Positions 1 through 10,100 of a stretch of DNA of 64,000 bases are shown in pieces; position 1 is the stretch's first letter, and each line of letters opens with the position of its first letter. The position numbers and the translations under genes are program-made. The stretch is from Vicinamibacterales bacterium. Lineage in GTDB: Bacteria > Acidobacteriota > Vicinamibacteria > Vicinamibacterales > JAMQPK01. The stretch is from positions 7,467 to 71,466 of the forward strand of contig DASZHO010000062.1 in NCBI GenBank assembly GCA_035937795.1, read 5' to 3'. The notes beneath the pieces are model-generated. The model was not told the origin of the DNA and made no database searches. It saw nothing but the letters and a program-made list of their open reading frames with translations.

Positions 1-2
1 TC

Positions 3-500
3 TTGCGCCATCTGTGCGCCGCAAACCCCTCCATTCGCGGGTTTGGCATCGACATCTCGCCCGCGGCCATCGCGGATGGCGAGGAACTGGTGCGCAAGGC
101 GGGCCTGCAGGAGCGCATCCAGCTGGCCGTCGTGGACATCAACGCGCTGGGGAGCACACCGGCCGAACTGCAGGACATCGACGCCGCCACCGTGTTCTTC
201 GTCCTACATGAGATTCTGTATCAGGGCAAGGACGCGCTCTTACAGCTGTTGCGCAGTTACCGTACCCTTTTTCCCGGTGTTCCGCTGACAGTCTTTGAGG
301 TCGATAGGGCCACTCCGGACGCTATGCGCCGACGGCCCGGGATGTCTGTTCAGTACACCCTGCAACACGATCTGTCCCACCAGAAGCTGATCAGCAGGTC
401 GGCGTGGCACGCGCTCTTCCATGAGGCTGGCTTCACCGCCATCGAGGAACGCAACCTGAGCTTCGCCAGGACCGTCATCTTTACTGTAATGGGGGAGTGA
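3..500 (+). CDS. Class I SAM-dependent methyltransferase, C-terminal portion (5' end outside window)
   Basis: The ORF is open to the left window edge. 'GFGIDISPAAIADGEELVRKAGLQERIQLAVVDI' and 'ATVFFVLHEILY' resemble the motif II-IV region of Rossmann-fold methyltransferases. Its TGA (498-500) overlaps the GTG (497) of the next ORF. Confidence 0.55.
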   Translation: MRHLCAANPSIRGFGIDISPAAIADGEELVRKAGLQERIQLAVVDINALGSTPAELQDIDAATVFFVLHEILYQGKDALLQLLRSYRTLFPGVPLTVFEVDRATPDAMRRRPGMSVQYTLQHDLSHQKLISRSAWHALFHEAGFTAIEERNLSFARTVIFTVMGE

Positions 501-1402
501 GTTTGATGGCCCCATCGACCGCGCGTCTATCGCCTCTCACCGTGAAAGGGCCGGTGTTGGTTACCGGCGCCTCGTCGGGCATCGGGTTGGAGACCGCACT
601 CTATCTGGCTGCACAGGGGTATACGGTCTGCGCCACCATGCGGGATCTGAGCCGACGTGCTGCCTTGGATAGGGAGGCCAGGCGGCGGAATCTCTTGGTG
701 CAGGTCCAGGCCCTGGATGTGACCGACCCGCCCAGCATCGAGGCGGTGGTGCGCTCCCTGGTGGGTCGTTACGGCGGCATCTATGGCCTCGTGAATAACG
801 CCGGCTTCCAGCTTCAAGGCTACTTTGAAGACCTGACCGATGCCGAGATTCGCACTCTGTTCGAGGTGAATCTCTTCGGCACCATGGCCGTGGTGCGGGC
901 CGTGCTGCCCGGCATGCGCGCTGCCCGCCAGGGGCGGGTCGTGATCGTCTCCTCCGTCGGGGGACTGCTGGGCTCGGTTGCACTCAGTGCCTACTGCGCC
1001 TCCAAGCACGCCCTGGAGGGCTTCGGCGAGGGCCTCTCGTTGGAAGTCTGTGCGCTGGGGATCCAGGTCACGCTGGTGGAGCCTGCCATCGTGCAGACGG
1101 AGATCTGGCGCGGAAATAGGCGTGTGGCCCGGGGCGCGCTGGACCCAGCCAGCCCTTACTACGAGTGGTTTCACGCTGTGGAGCGGTTGACGGACCGGAT
1201 GGTCGCCACGGCTCCTACGACCTCCCTCGATGTGGCCCATGCTGTGCACCGGGCGCTCGCGGCGGGCCGGCCACGTCTGCGGTATCTGGTCGGGAGGCGG
1301 GCGGCCTTGTTGCTGATCCTGCGCCGCTACGTGCCCGCCGCCCTCTTCGAACGGATCTATTTTGGCGAGGTGATCCGCCGCGTAACTGGCACACGCGTTT
1401 GA
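497..1402 (+). CDS. Classical short-chain dehydrogenase/reductase (SDR)
   Basis: Motifs: 'VLVTGASSGIGLETALYLA' (TGxxxGxG), 'NNAG', 'YCASKHALEG' (YxxxK). The start is GTG 497 or the in-frame ATG 506. The 3' end overlaps the convergent gene by 46 nt. Confidence 0.85.
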   Translation: MSLMAPSTARLSPLTVKGPVLVTGASSGIGLETALYLAAQGYTVCATMRDLSRRAALDREARRRNLLVQVQALDVTDPPSIEAVVRSLVGRYGGIYGLVNNAGFQLQGYFEDLTDAEIRTLFEVNLFGTMAVVRAVLPGMRAARQGRVVIVSSVGGLLGSVALSAYCASKHALEGFGEGLSLEVCALGIQVTLVEPAIVQTEIWRGNRRVARGALDPASPYYEWFHAVERLTDRMVATAPTTSLDVAHAVHRALAAGRPRLRYLVGRRAALLLILRRYVPAALFERIYFGEVIRRVTGTRV

Positions 1403-3735
1403 CCCGCACCCCAACTGTCCGACTGACAAAAGAAAGATTCCAGGTAGTCGTTCAGGAACACTCCATTTGGATCCCACTCCTCGCGAAGCCTGACAAAATC
1501 ATCCCACCTCTCATACTGCCCCTTTATGTAATCTCGCTCCGCGCGAGTCTCTTTGCCCCAGTGAAAGCGATAATGAAACGGCCTCAGCAACTGATGTATC
1601 TGATCGAAGAGCGTGGCCGATCGAGGATACTGCCAGCACTCCAGCCAGACGACGTCGCGTCCATAGGCTGGGCTCAACCACAAATCGCTTCGAGCCGAAC
1701 TGCGAATGTGGATCGGCATCAGGGGAAACGTCCTGGTTGTCTGGAAATGCGTACGCAAGAGCCCGATGGCAGCGGGCGCCTGCTCATAGGGAAGGGCAAC
1801 CTCCATATCCCGGATTGTGTCTGGAGATCGGTCTGAGTCACCGAGGTCGCCGAAGGCGAGGACCCAGTCGCTGCGACCGATGCGAAGCGGATAGCAGGAT
1901 CCAACTGAGAATTTCGTAAAGAATCGTTGAATCGTGTTGCCCCTGAGGAGAAGCCAGGCAAACAATTTCAGGCCAAGCACCTTGAGGATCTGCCCGCCTC
2001 TGCTCATGCCCTTTGGCGCAGGCTTTCTACGTGCGATGCAGCTCACATCGTGCAGATTGTCGACATCCCGGTCTTTCAACCGATCGACAGAAAGAATTTC
2101 GATCTCATCTGTGATCGGAAAATAGAGCATGTCGGTGTAGAGACTGTTCCGGTTGATGTCGTCGAACGCGTCCAGCACGTCCTCTGCTTTCCTGACGGCG
2201 CTGCGCGCCTGCAGAGCAAACGCGGGCACACACCGCAATGTCACGGCCGAGATTATGCCGAGGACCCCGACGGAGACGACCACGCCATTAAACAAGTCAT
2301 GCGACCGGTCAATTTCCAGGACGCTTCCATCGGCCCTGACGATTCGCACCGACTCCACATAGTCACTGAGCGATCCATGGAAAATCGTGCCTCCATGAGT
2401 CGCAGTACTGATGGCGCCGGAGACTGTCTGAGCAGTAATCGACCCGCTTACGGGTAGCGCCAGCTTCAATCCTGCCAGGGTTTCATTCAGCTCACGGAGC
2501 GTCATCCCTGCCTCAACAGTCACAAGGGACCCGTCCACTTTCAGGAGCTTCTTATATCTGTCCAGAACCAGGCAGACGCCATCGGTCTCTGGTATGGGGC
2601 AAAGGGAGTGCAGAGAGCCGATGGCCTTGGCTTTAATGTTAGTGTTCGACGCCAGTTGAGCTATTTCAACGAGCTCTCGTTCCGAGGAAGGATGCACGAT
2701 CGCCAGAGGGCGAAACCGCAGGGGCCCATAGTTGTCCAGAGAAAATTGAGTTTTCGCCACGAGGCATTTCTGTTTCGCCCACAGTTCCGTCTTCAACATC
2801 CCTGTCGACAAGCTGACCTCAGGAGAGTATCCCAGAAGCGCAGCCGCCTTTGAGGATGGAAAGGCTTTTGTATTTTCGGACATCCGGATGAGAAACCTGG
2901 CTCCTCTGCGCACGTCATGGGTGCCAGGGAGGACATCTAGCAGCTTTGCAATAGTCCTGACGATCGGAGTCGGGATATGCCGCGCCGGCCGATCCAGCAT
3001 CCGGCTGTAGTGGGAGTAGAAGTCGTTGAGAGTGACGGTCTCATGTCCGATATTGAACACTTCGCCGCGCGCGTGGGGAGATTGCGCGGCCGACAGCAAT
3101 GCCTTCGCGACGTCACCGACGTAGACCACATCCATTACGCCGCGTCCGTCTCCAAGAATGACGGGCAAGCCTTTACGAATCAAGTCGAGCGGCATCAGCG
3201 TATAAGATTTCGTGTTTGGCCCATACACGCACGTGGGACGGAGGATAGTAACGTCGAGGCCATCTTCCCGCGCGATCTCCACCAGAGCCCTTTCCGACTG
3301 CAGTTTCGTCAGGGCATAAACTGCCATGTCCTGGTATTCGACGAGCTCTGCGTTTTCCGTATAATCTGAGTCGGTTCTTGCCGCGCTGTAGACTGCAACC
3401 GAGCTGATGTGGACGAAGCGTTGGCAGCCGTTTGCAGCAGCAGCTCGAGCCAGCCGGCGTGTTCCTTCGACATTCACCGCGTATGAATCTTTGTACGATC
3501 CGGTGATGAGTGCGGCGCAATGAAAGACGAACGTGGTGCCTCTCACCAGCTCGGCAAGGGCTGCATCGCTGGTGACGTCGCCCCATACAGCTCTACACCC
3601 GCGCTTCTCCCACCTCTCCGCCGTGTCGTTCTTCGAGCGGAAGAGGGCCTTCACCTCGTAAAGGTCCACCAGTTGCTCGAGCAACGCTTGGCCTATGCCG
3701 CCGCTTCCGCCGGTCACGCATACGGTCTCCTTCAT
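1357..3735 (-). CDS. Fusion protein: N-terminal extended-SDR (NAD-dependent epimerase/dehydratase-like) + C-terminal FAD-linked oxidase (FAD_binding_4 + ALO/D-arabinono-1,4-lactone-oxidase-type domain)
   Basis: N-terminal domain: 'VCVTGGSGGIGQALLEQL' Rossmann motif and 'YALTK' (YxxxK). C-terminal domain: 'AIGSLHSLCP', 'GAISTATHGG' (PCMH-type FAD binding) and 'YRFHWGKETRA...DPNGVFLNDYL' (ALO-type C-terminus). ATG at 3735 verified. Confidence 0.8.
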   Translation of the reverse strand: MKETVCVTGGSGGIGQALLEQLVDLYEVKALFRSKNDTAERWEKRGCRAVWGDVTSDAALAELVRGTTFVFHCAALITGSYKDSYAVNVEGTRRLARAAAANGCQRFVHISSVAVYSAARTDSDYTENAELVEYQDMAVYALTKLQSERALVEIAREDGLDVTILRPTCVYGPNTKSYTLMPLDLIRKGLPVILGDGRGVMDVVYVGDVAKALLSAAQSPHARGEVFNIGHETVTLNDFYSHYSRMLDRPARHIPTPIVRTIAKLLDVLPGTHDVRRGARFLIRMSENTKAFPSSKAAALLGYSPEVSLSTGMLKTELWAKQKCLVAKTQFSLDNYGPLRFRPLAIVHPSSERELVEIAQLASNTNIKAKAIGSLHSLCPIPETDGVCLVLDRYKKLLKVDGSLVTVEAGMTLRELNETLAGLKLALPVSGSITAQTVSGAISTATHGGTIFHGSLSDYVESVRIVRADGSVLEIDRSHDLFNGVVVSVGVLGIISAVTLRCVPAFALQARSAVRKAEDVLDAFDDINRNSLYTDMLYFPITDEIEILSVDRLKDRDVDNLHDVSCIARRKPAPKGMSRGGQILKVLGLKLFAWLLLRGNTIQRFFTKFSVGSCYPLRIGRSDWVLAFGDLGDSDRSPDTIRDMEVALPYEQAPAAIGLLRTHFQTTRTFPLMPIHIRSSARSDLWLSPAYGRDVVWLECWQYPRSATLFDQIHQLLRPFHYRFHWGKETRAERDYIKGQYERWDDFVRLREEWDPNGVFLNDYLESFFCQSDSWGAGQTRVPVTRRITSPK

Positions 3736-3760
3736 CGAGTCTGGAGCTGGGAATGAAATG

Positions 3761-6112
3761 TCATCGTGAAGTGTCGTTTCTACAAAAGAACGGTTCCAAA
3801 TAGCTGTTCAAGAACATGCCTGTCGGATCCCACTCTTCGCGGAGTCGGAGAAAATCATCCCACCTTTCATATTGCCGATTTATGTACTCCCGACCGGCGT
3901 GAGTTTCTTTTCCCCAGTGAAAACGATAGTGGAACGGTTCAAGTAGTTCGTGGATTTGTTGTTTGGAAAGGTTGTCAGAGCGGGGGTACAGCCAGAACTC
4001 CAGCCAGCAGACGTCGCGTTTGTACGTGGGACTCAACCACAGGCCGCTTCGAGAAGAACAGCGAATATGGATCGGCAACAGAGGATACTTCTGAGTCGTC
4101 AAGAAATGACTGCGAAGGAGGGCGATCGCTTTGTGAGCCTGCTCATACGGAATCGCAATCTCTATACCCTGGAGCAGAAGCGTCAGAGGAGATCGGTCCG
4201 ACGTCCCGACGTCACCGAAGGCGAGAACCCGATCGCTGCGGGCCGTGCGCGTTCGATAAGAGCGTCCAGCTGCACATTCAGTCAACCATCTGTGAATCGA
4301 ATTGTTGCCGAGGACAAGCCATACCAACGCTTTCAGCCCGAGTGTCCTGAGGCGCCGGGCGACTTTTGTATTGACGAGCGACGGCGGCCTTCTGGACGTC
4401 GCGGGCTGCTCGTTCGCCGGCGTGTCGCTGTCCTCGCTCTCTATTCTGTTAATCGCGAGTATTTCCATCTCATCCGTAACGGGGAAATAGAGCATATCGA
4501 TATAGAGATTGCGTCGGTTTATCTCATCGAACTCTTCAAGAACTTGCTGGGCTTTCGAAACGGAGCTGCGCGATCGCAGGAGAAACGAGGGAACGCACCG
4601 GAATGTCACCGTCGAAATGATGCCGAGGAGGCCAAGGGAAACAACGACGGCTTGGAACAGGTCCTGCGAGCGGTCAATCTCCAGAATACTTCCGTCGGCT
4701 CTGACTATTCTCAGAGACTCCACACAGTCGCTAATCGATCCGAAGTGAATGGACCCTCCGTGAGTCGCGGTGCTGATAGCCCCAGACACGGTCTGCGCGG
4801 TAATCGCTCCTAGTATCGGCAATGCTAAATTCAACTCTGCCAAGGTCTCGTTCAGGGTTCGAAGCTTCATACCTGCCTGGACTGTTACAAGGGATTCCTC
4901 AACTTTCAGCAGCTTGTCGTATCTGTCCAGAACGACGCAGATGCCTTCGGTCTCTGGTATGGGGCACAGGGAGTGCAAAGAGCCAATGGCTTTGGCTGTA
5001 ATGTTGTCGGTCAGGGCGATCCGGGTAATTTGCACCAGGTCGTCTTCTGCCAGAGGGTGCACGACAGCCAAAGGAGAGAAAGGTATAGGCCCAGGGCTGT
5101 AGGCGTCTACGGAATATTCGGTTCTAGGAATGAGATGTTCACGTTTCGCCCACAATTCGGTCTTCAGCATGCCGGCGAACAGGTTGACTTCAGGAGCGTA
5201 CCCCAGGAGGGTTCTGGCTTTTGTACATGGAAAGCGGTCGGCATTGTCAGACATCCGAATGAGGAAGCCGGCGGCTTGCCGCAGCGCTGGCAACGCTGTG
5301 CCTGGGATGAACCGGAGCAGTCGTAACAAGGCCCTCACGGGTGAGACGGGTAGATGTCGTGCAGGCCGGTTCAGCATTCGGCCGTAATGAGCGTAAAAGT
5401 CGTTGAGTGTGACCGTCTCATGACCGATGTTGAACACTTCCCCGTTGGCTTGCGGAGATCGCGCGGCCAGCAATAAGGCCCTGGCGACATCATCGACATA
5501 AACGACATCTAGGAGGCCGCGGCCATCTCCCACAATGACGGGCAAGCCCTTGCCAATCAGCTTGATCGGAATCAGCGTATACGCTTTGATGTTCGGCCCG
5601 TAGACACAGGTGGGCCGCAGAATCGTGTACTCGAGGCCATATTCTTGCGCCACCTCTTTCAGCGCTTGTTCTGACTGTAATTTGGTCAGGCTATAGGCCG
5701 CCATGCCGTCACGTTCACATAATTCTGCGTCCTCCACGTAGGCTGGCTGATTTGGCGCTCCGCTATACACAGCAACGGAACTGACATGGACGAAGCGTCG
5801 GCAGCCGTGTGTGGCGGCGAGTCGAGCTAAGCGGCGCGTCCCTTCCACATTGACGGGATACGCCTCCTCATACGACCCTTGCGTAATCGCCGCACAGTGA
5901 AAGACGAACTTGGCGCCCGTGACCAACTCTGAGAGTGCTTCTTCGTCTGCGACGTCGCCCCATACAGCCGCACACCCTGGTTGTATCCACTTGTCACTTA
6001 TTTCATTCGCTGTGCGGAAGAGGGCTTTTACTTCGTAAAGGCCGACCAGGCGCTGCAGCAAAGCCTGGCCTATGCCGCCGCTTCCACCGGTCAGGCATAC
6101 AGTCTCTCGCAC
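3761..6112 (-). CDS. Paralog of the preceding SDR + FAD/ALO-oxidase fusion (tandem duplicate)
   Basis: Collinear with 1357-3735 over its full length, by eye about 65-70% identical (e.g. 'MRETVCLTGGSGGIGQALLQRLVGLYEVKALFR' vs 'MKETVCVTGGSGGIGQALLEQLVDLYEVKALFR'). The same 'GSLHSLCPIPE', 'STATHGG' and 'YRFHWGKETHA' motifs are present. The start codon is GTG at 6112. Confidence 0.8.
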   Translation of the reverse strand: MRETVCLTGGSGGIGQALLQRLVGLYEVKALFRTANEISDKWIQPGCAAVWGDVADEEALSELVTGAKFVFHCAAITQGSYEEAYPVNVEGTRRLARLAATHGCRRFVHVSSVAVYSGAPNQPAYVEDAELCERDGMAAYSLTKLQSEQALKEVAQEYGLEYTILRPTCVYGPNIKAYTLIPIKLIGKGLPVIVGDGRGLLDVVYVDDVARALLLAARSPQANGEVFNIGHETVTLNDFYAHYGRMLNRPARHLPVSPVRALLRLLRFIPGTALPALRQAAGFLIRMSDNADRFPCTKARTLLGYAPEVNLFAGMLKTELWAKREHLIPRTEYSVDAYSPGPIPFSPLAVVHPLAEDDLVQITRIALTDNITAKAIGSLHSLCPIPETEGICVVLDRYDKLLKVEESLVTVQAGMKLRTLNETLAELNLALPILGAITAQTVSGAISTATHGGSIHFGSISDCVESLRIVRADGSILEIDRSQDLFQAVVVSLGLLGIISTVTFRCVPSFLLRSRSSVSKAQQVLEEFDEINRRNLYIDMLYFPVTDEMEILAINRIESEDSDTPANEQPATSRRPPSLVNTKVARRLRTLGLKALVWLVLGNNSIHRWLTECAAGRSYRTRTARSDRVLAFGDVGTSDRSPLTLLLQGIEIAIPYEQAHKAIALLRSHFLTTQKYPLLPIHIRCSSRSGLWLSPTYKRDVCWLEFWLYPRSDNLSKQQIHELLEPFHYRFHWGKETHAGREYINRQYERWDDFLRLREEWDPTGMFLNSYLEPFFCRNDTSR

Positions 6113-6118
6113 TCTCTG

Positions 6119-7057
6119 TTACGCCCTTTGGAGCCACAAGCTGCCACCAACGCCAAAGGTGGGAGGATCGATGCAGAGCGGCATCAGCTTTCGTATGGCG
6201 TCGGAGTGAAACTTCATCATGAAGTCATTCCAGAATCTGATGGGACACTGCGTGTTGTACTGAAGGAACGCGCGCAGGATGTAAGCCTCATTCCACGAAA
6301 TCCCGAGCTCGAACCACTCCTGGGGATACTCAAACGGGTAGGGGACGTCGTGAAAGTGGACGAGCACTCCAGGCGTCAGTCTCGGCATGAGCTCGAAGAG
6401 AATGTGGTTGACGTCGCTGCCGGCCTTCGATACGTGTGAGCAATCAATGAACAGAATGTCGTTCGCGGCAAGCTGGTCGACGATGCTCCGATCGAGCTGC
6501 TGGATCGGCTGTTCCACGATTGAGACGGAGTTGTAGTCCTCCTCTTTCAGCAGCTTGCGCAGCCGCGTGCTCTCGGGTTCGATGAACGTGAACTGGATAC
6601 CGCGGTTCATGAACCGTTCGTTGGTGTCCAGCATCACGGCCGAGGAGAACCCAGATCCGATCTCGATAATCCGACGCGGGCGGATCAGCCGAATCATGGA
6701 ATACAGGAAAAGGGCGTCAGCGCGTCCGTACCAATAATTGTCGAAGAAGTAGCGCATGCCGTTCCGCGGTGTTTCGGAGAATGGCTGCTCATCGTAAAAC
6801 GTCGCGAATTGCGTTAACAGCGTCAGTTGACCGGCCTCGTTCAACTCGACGCCCGGGAGGGTCCGCAACGATCGGTCAAAAATCCGCGGCGCGTCGCGCT
6901 CCAGTTCCTTGATGGACGGTACCGGAGAGTAATAATGCCCGTTTCTTACGCGCAGGATCCGCCACGTCGCCAGCTTGCGTCCCACGGCCAACCAGAATTC
7001 GCGTTTCGCGCGCGCGCGCGCCCACGAACGTCCGTCGTACCCGGAGTCATCTGCCAT
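6119..7057 (-). CDS. Putative SAM-dependent methyltransferase (Methyltransf_24/CmcI-like)
   Basis: 'RIIEIGSGFSSAVML' is a motif I-like ExGxGxG. 'ILFIDCSHVSKAGSDV' resembles the post-motif region of TylF/CmcI-type methyltransferases. ATG 7057 verified. The TAA is 6 nt before the next start. Confidence 0.5.
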   Translation of the reverse strand: MADDSGYDGRSWARARAKREFWLAVGRKLATWRILRVRNGHYYSPVPSIKELERDAPRIFDRSLRTLPGVELNEAGQLTLLTQFATFYDEQPFSETPRNGMRYFFDNYWYGRADALFLYSMIRLIRPRRIIEIGSGFSSAVMLDTNERFMNRGIQFTFIEPESTRLRKLLKEEDYNSVSIVEQPIQQLDRSIVDQLAANDILFIDCSHVSKAGSDVNHILFELMPRLTPGVLVHFHDVPYPFEYPQEWFELGISWNEAYILRAFLQYNTQCPIRFWNDFMMKFHSDAIRKLMPLCIDPPTFGVGGSLWLQRA

Positions 7058-7129
7058 GTCGACCTCTATCCATTTGCCTACGCAACAACCTGCGGGTGCT
7101 CCGTTTTGTCATAGCACGCCGCATGTTTT

Positions 7130-10100
7130 CTACCGGTGTTGAGTCGAACGGGGTTGACCGTCTCTCAAGGACAGAAGTGAGAGCAGAAGAGACTTTCCTG
7201 TCCCCTCTGGCACAGATCCTGCCGTTGCGGTGTCGGAAACAGGGATCGCCTGCCCGCCCACGGAATTGACCATGGAACGCGCCAGCTCAGACAGACTCGG
7301 CCCTTTGATGAGCTGAAGAAGCGGGATGGCGACTCCGATTTCCTTTTCGACGCGGTTCTTCAGCTCAATCGCCATCAAGGAATCGATCCCCATGGTGACC
7401 AGTGGCTGGTCGAGGTCGATCTTGGACGCCGCAAGCCTCACCACGCCGGCGACGTGCTCCCGGAGGCGATCGGTCAGGATCTGAAGCCGCTCTGCGGGAC
7501 CCGCTGCCAGAAGCTGGGTGCGCGTCGGGTTCTGCGTATCCGCACGGACGGATATCGCGCCTTCAAGCCTGGAGAAGAAGGGCATCTCCGCCAGGACCGG
7601 ATGGGATGCTCGCCACACTTGCCAATCGACGCCCATCACCAAGACCTGAGATACGTCCGAAATCATCACCCGTCCGAGCGCTTCCACTCCTTGACGCAGA
7701 GAGAGACTCTCGATGCCCGCAATTCCGAGTCGTCCTCCACGGTCCGGCCGCGCGGCGAGTCCAACGTCCGACCATGGCCCCCAGTTGATGCTCACGGCGG
7801 GCAGGTTCCGGGCTCGCCGATAATGCGCGAGTGCATCGAGAAACTGGTTAGCGGCAGCGTAATTCGCCTGCCCCGCCGAGCCGAGCATCGATGCTGCGGA
7901 AGAGAAGAGCAGAAAGAAATCGAGAGGTGAGTCGAGACTCGCGCGGTGCAGGTTCCACGCCCCCTCGACCTTCGGTGCCATGACCCGGCGAAATCGCTCT
8001 GGCGTCTGCTGGAGCAGGGTGCCATCATCAAGTAATCCGGCCGCGTGCACAATGCCGCGCACCGGGGGCAGATCCCGCGCCCAGCGCACGAACGCGGCGT
8101 CCACAGAACCGGCGTCACCCACGTCGAATCGGTCGACCACAACCTGGGCGCCCGCGCGCTCCATAGCCTCGATCGCCTGACGAGCCTCCAGCGTCGGTTC
8201 GCTCCTCCCCACGAGGACAAGGCTTGTGGCACCCTTTTCGACCAGCCATCCACCTACAACAAGCCCAATGCCTCCAAGACCGCCGGTGAGGACGTAGGTG
8301 GAATCGTCTCGGATTCGGGCGGAAGCGTCCGTCGGAGGAGCCACCGTGACGCTCCGTGGATCCATATCGATCACGACCTTACCGATGTGGCGACTCCGCG
8401 CCATGTGATGGAGTGCCTCGGCCAGATCGTTCGCCGCGAAGACCTGCTTCGGAAGCGGCGCTAGATGCTTTTCCTCGAAGAGGCGCACCGCCTCCCGAAG
8501 GAGTCGACCGCAGTCTTCCGGCCGCTTTGCCGCCAGGCTGTTCAGGTCGACAAGGAAGAACGAACGGCTGTCCTCAAGGCACCGAAGGGGAAGCTGACCC
8601 CCTTCGAGAAGGTCGCGCTTGCCCAACTCTATGAACCGGCCTCCAGGGCGGAGGATTTCCAACCCGCGGGCGAACGCCTCTCCCGCGAGAGAGTTCACTA
8701 TCACGTCGACGCCCTTCCCCCCCGAGGCTTCCATCACCTCGTCGGCGAACGAGAGCGATCGCGAGTCCATCGCGCGGCGCACATCGAGACTCTCGAGGAG
8801 CCGGCGTTTTTCGTCGGTGCCGGCAGTCGCATAGATCTCGGCGCCCGTTTCCTGCGCCAGACGCACGCAGGCGAGCCCAACTGCGCCCGTGGCCGAGTGA
8901 ACGAGAACCCGCTCGTCTCTCCGCAGCCTGCCGAGGTGGTTCACCGCATAGTGTGCGGTGAGGAACGCGATGGGCAGCGTGGCGGCTTCCTCGAAATCAA
9001 GCCGCGCCGGTTTCGCGACAACGAGCCAGGCCGGGGTGCGGACCACTGAGCTCAGGCTCGGTCGAGCGAGCGCGACGACTTCATCGCCCACGGAGAACGA
9101 GGTCACCCCCTCGCCCAAGGCGGTGATCCTTCCCGCGCACTCGTGTCCGAGGACGAGGTCTCCATCGCTGGGCAGCAGACCCAGTGCAAGGAAGATGTCG
9201 CGGAAGTTCAGACCGGCGGCGACCACCTCGATTTCCACTTCGCCGGCGGCGGGTCGGCGGCGGGCGACTTGCCGAAAAGAAATGCCCGAAAGGTTCCCGG
9301 TCTCTGCCAGCTGGGCGCGAAACGGCATCGGCTTTAGGAGTTTCGTCGCCGCGCTATCCGCCCGCGTCAGGCGCGCCACGAATCGCCGGTCGTCGCGGAA
9401 AGCGACCTGCTGCTCGCGGTCACTGCGCCACAGCTCGTCTGCGAGTGCGCGCGCCTCGTTTTCGCTCGACTCTGCGCTCAAATCGATCGCGGTGCAGAAG
9501 AACTCCGGATGCTCCTGGACGATGGTTCGGGCGAGGCCCCATAGCGGCGCTCGAAATGGTGAGACTTCGTCGCTCTCGACAATGTATTGCACCCCGCGCG
9601 TCGTAAGCCACAGGCGGGTCGATTCATCGATGCCCCTCCGTACCAGAGCCTGCACGAGAAGCAGGGCGCTCTCCACTCCGAGCGCGGAAGCGTCGCTCGC
9701 GCCTTCAGCAACGTCGAGACTCCATAAATGGATGACGGAATCAAGCGCGATCCCTCTTCGTTTCAGCGCTCCGAGAAGCTCTGAGTAGTCCTGGCTGCGT
9801 GCTGGGTCGATTCGGCACAAGCCTGCCTCAGAGAGGTTCTCCGGGACGTGAAGCGCCGCACCCCGGGTAACGAGGATCGCCGTTTCCCCTCGGGCGGTTA
9901 TCAGTTCCGCCAGACGGGTACCAACTCCCGTCGAGTCGGCGAAGATCAGGAAGCCGCCCTCCCTCGTTTCCTTGACGGCGTCTGGCCGCGTCGAGTGTTG
10001 CTCCCACGTGAGGCTGTAGAACCGCTCCTTTTCAGGATCCGCGGACACGTCCAACGGCGCGAGACCTATTGCGCTCGCTTCCGCGACGAGCTCGTCCGCT

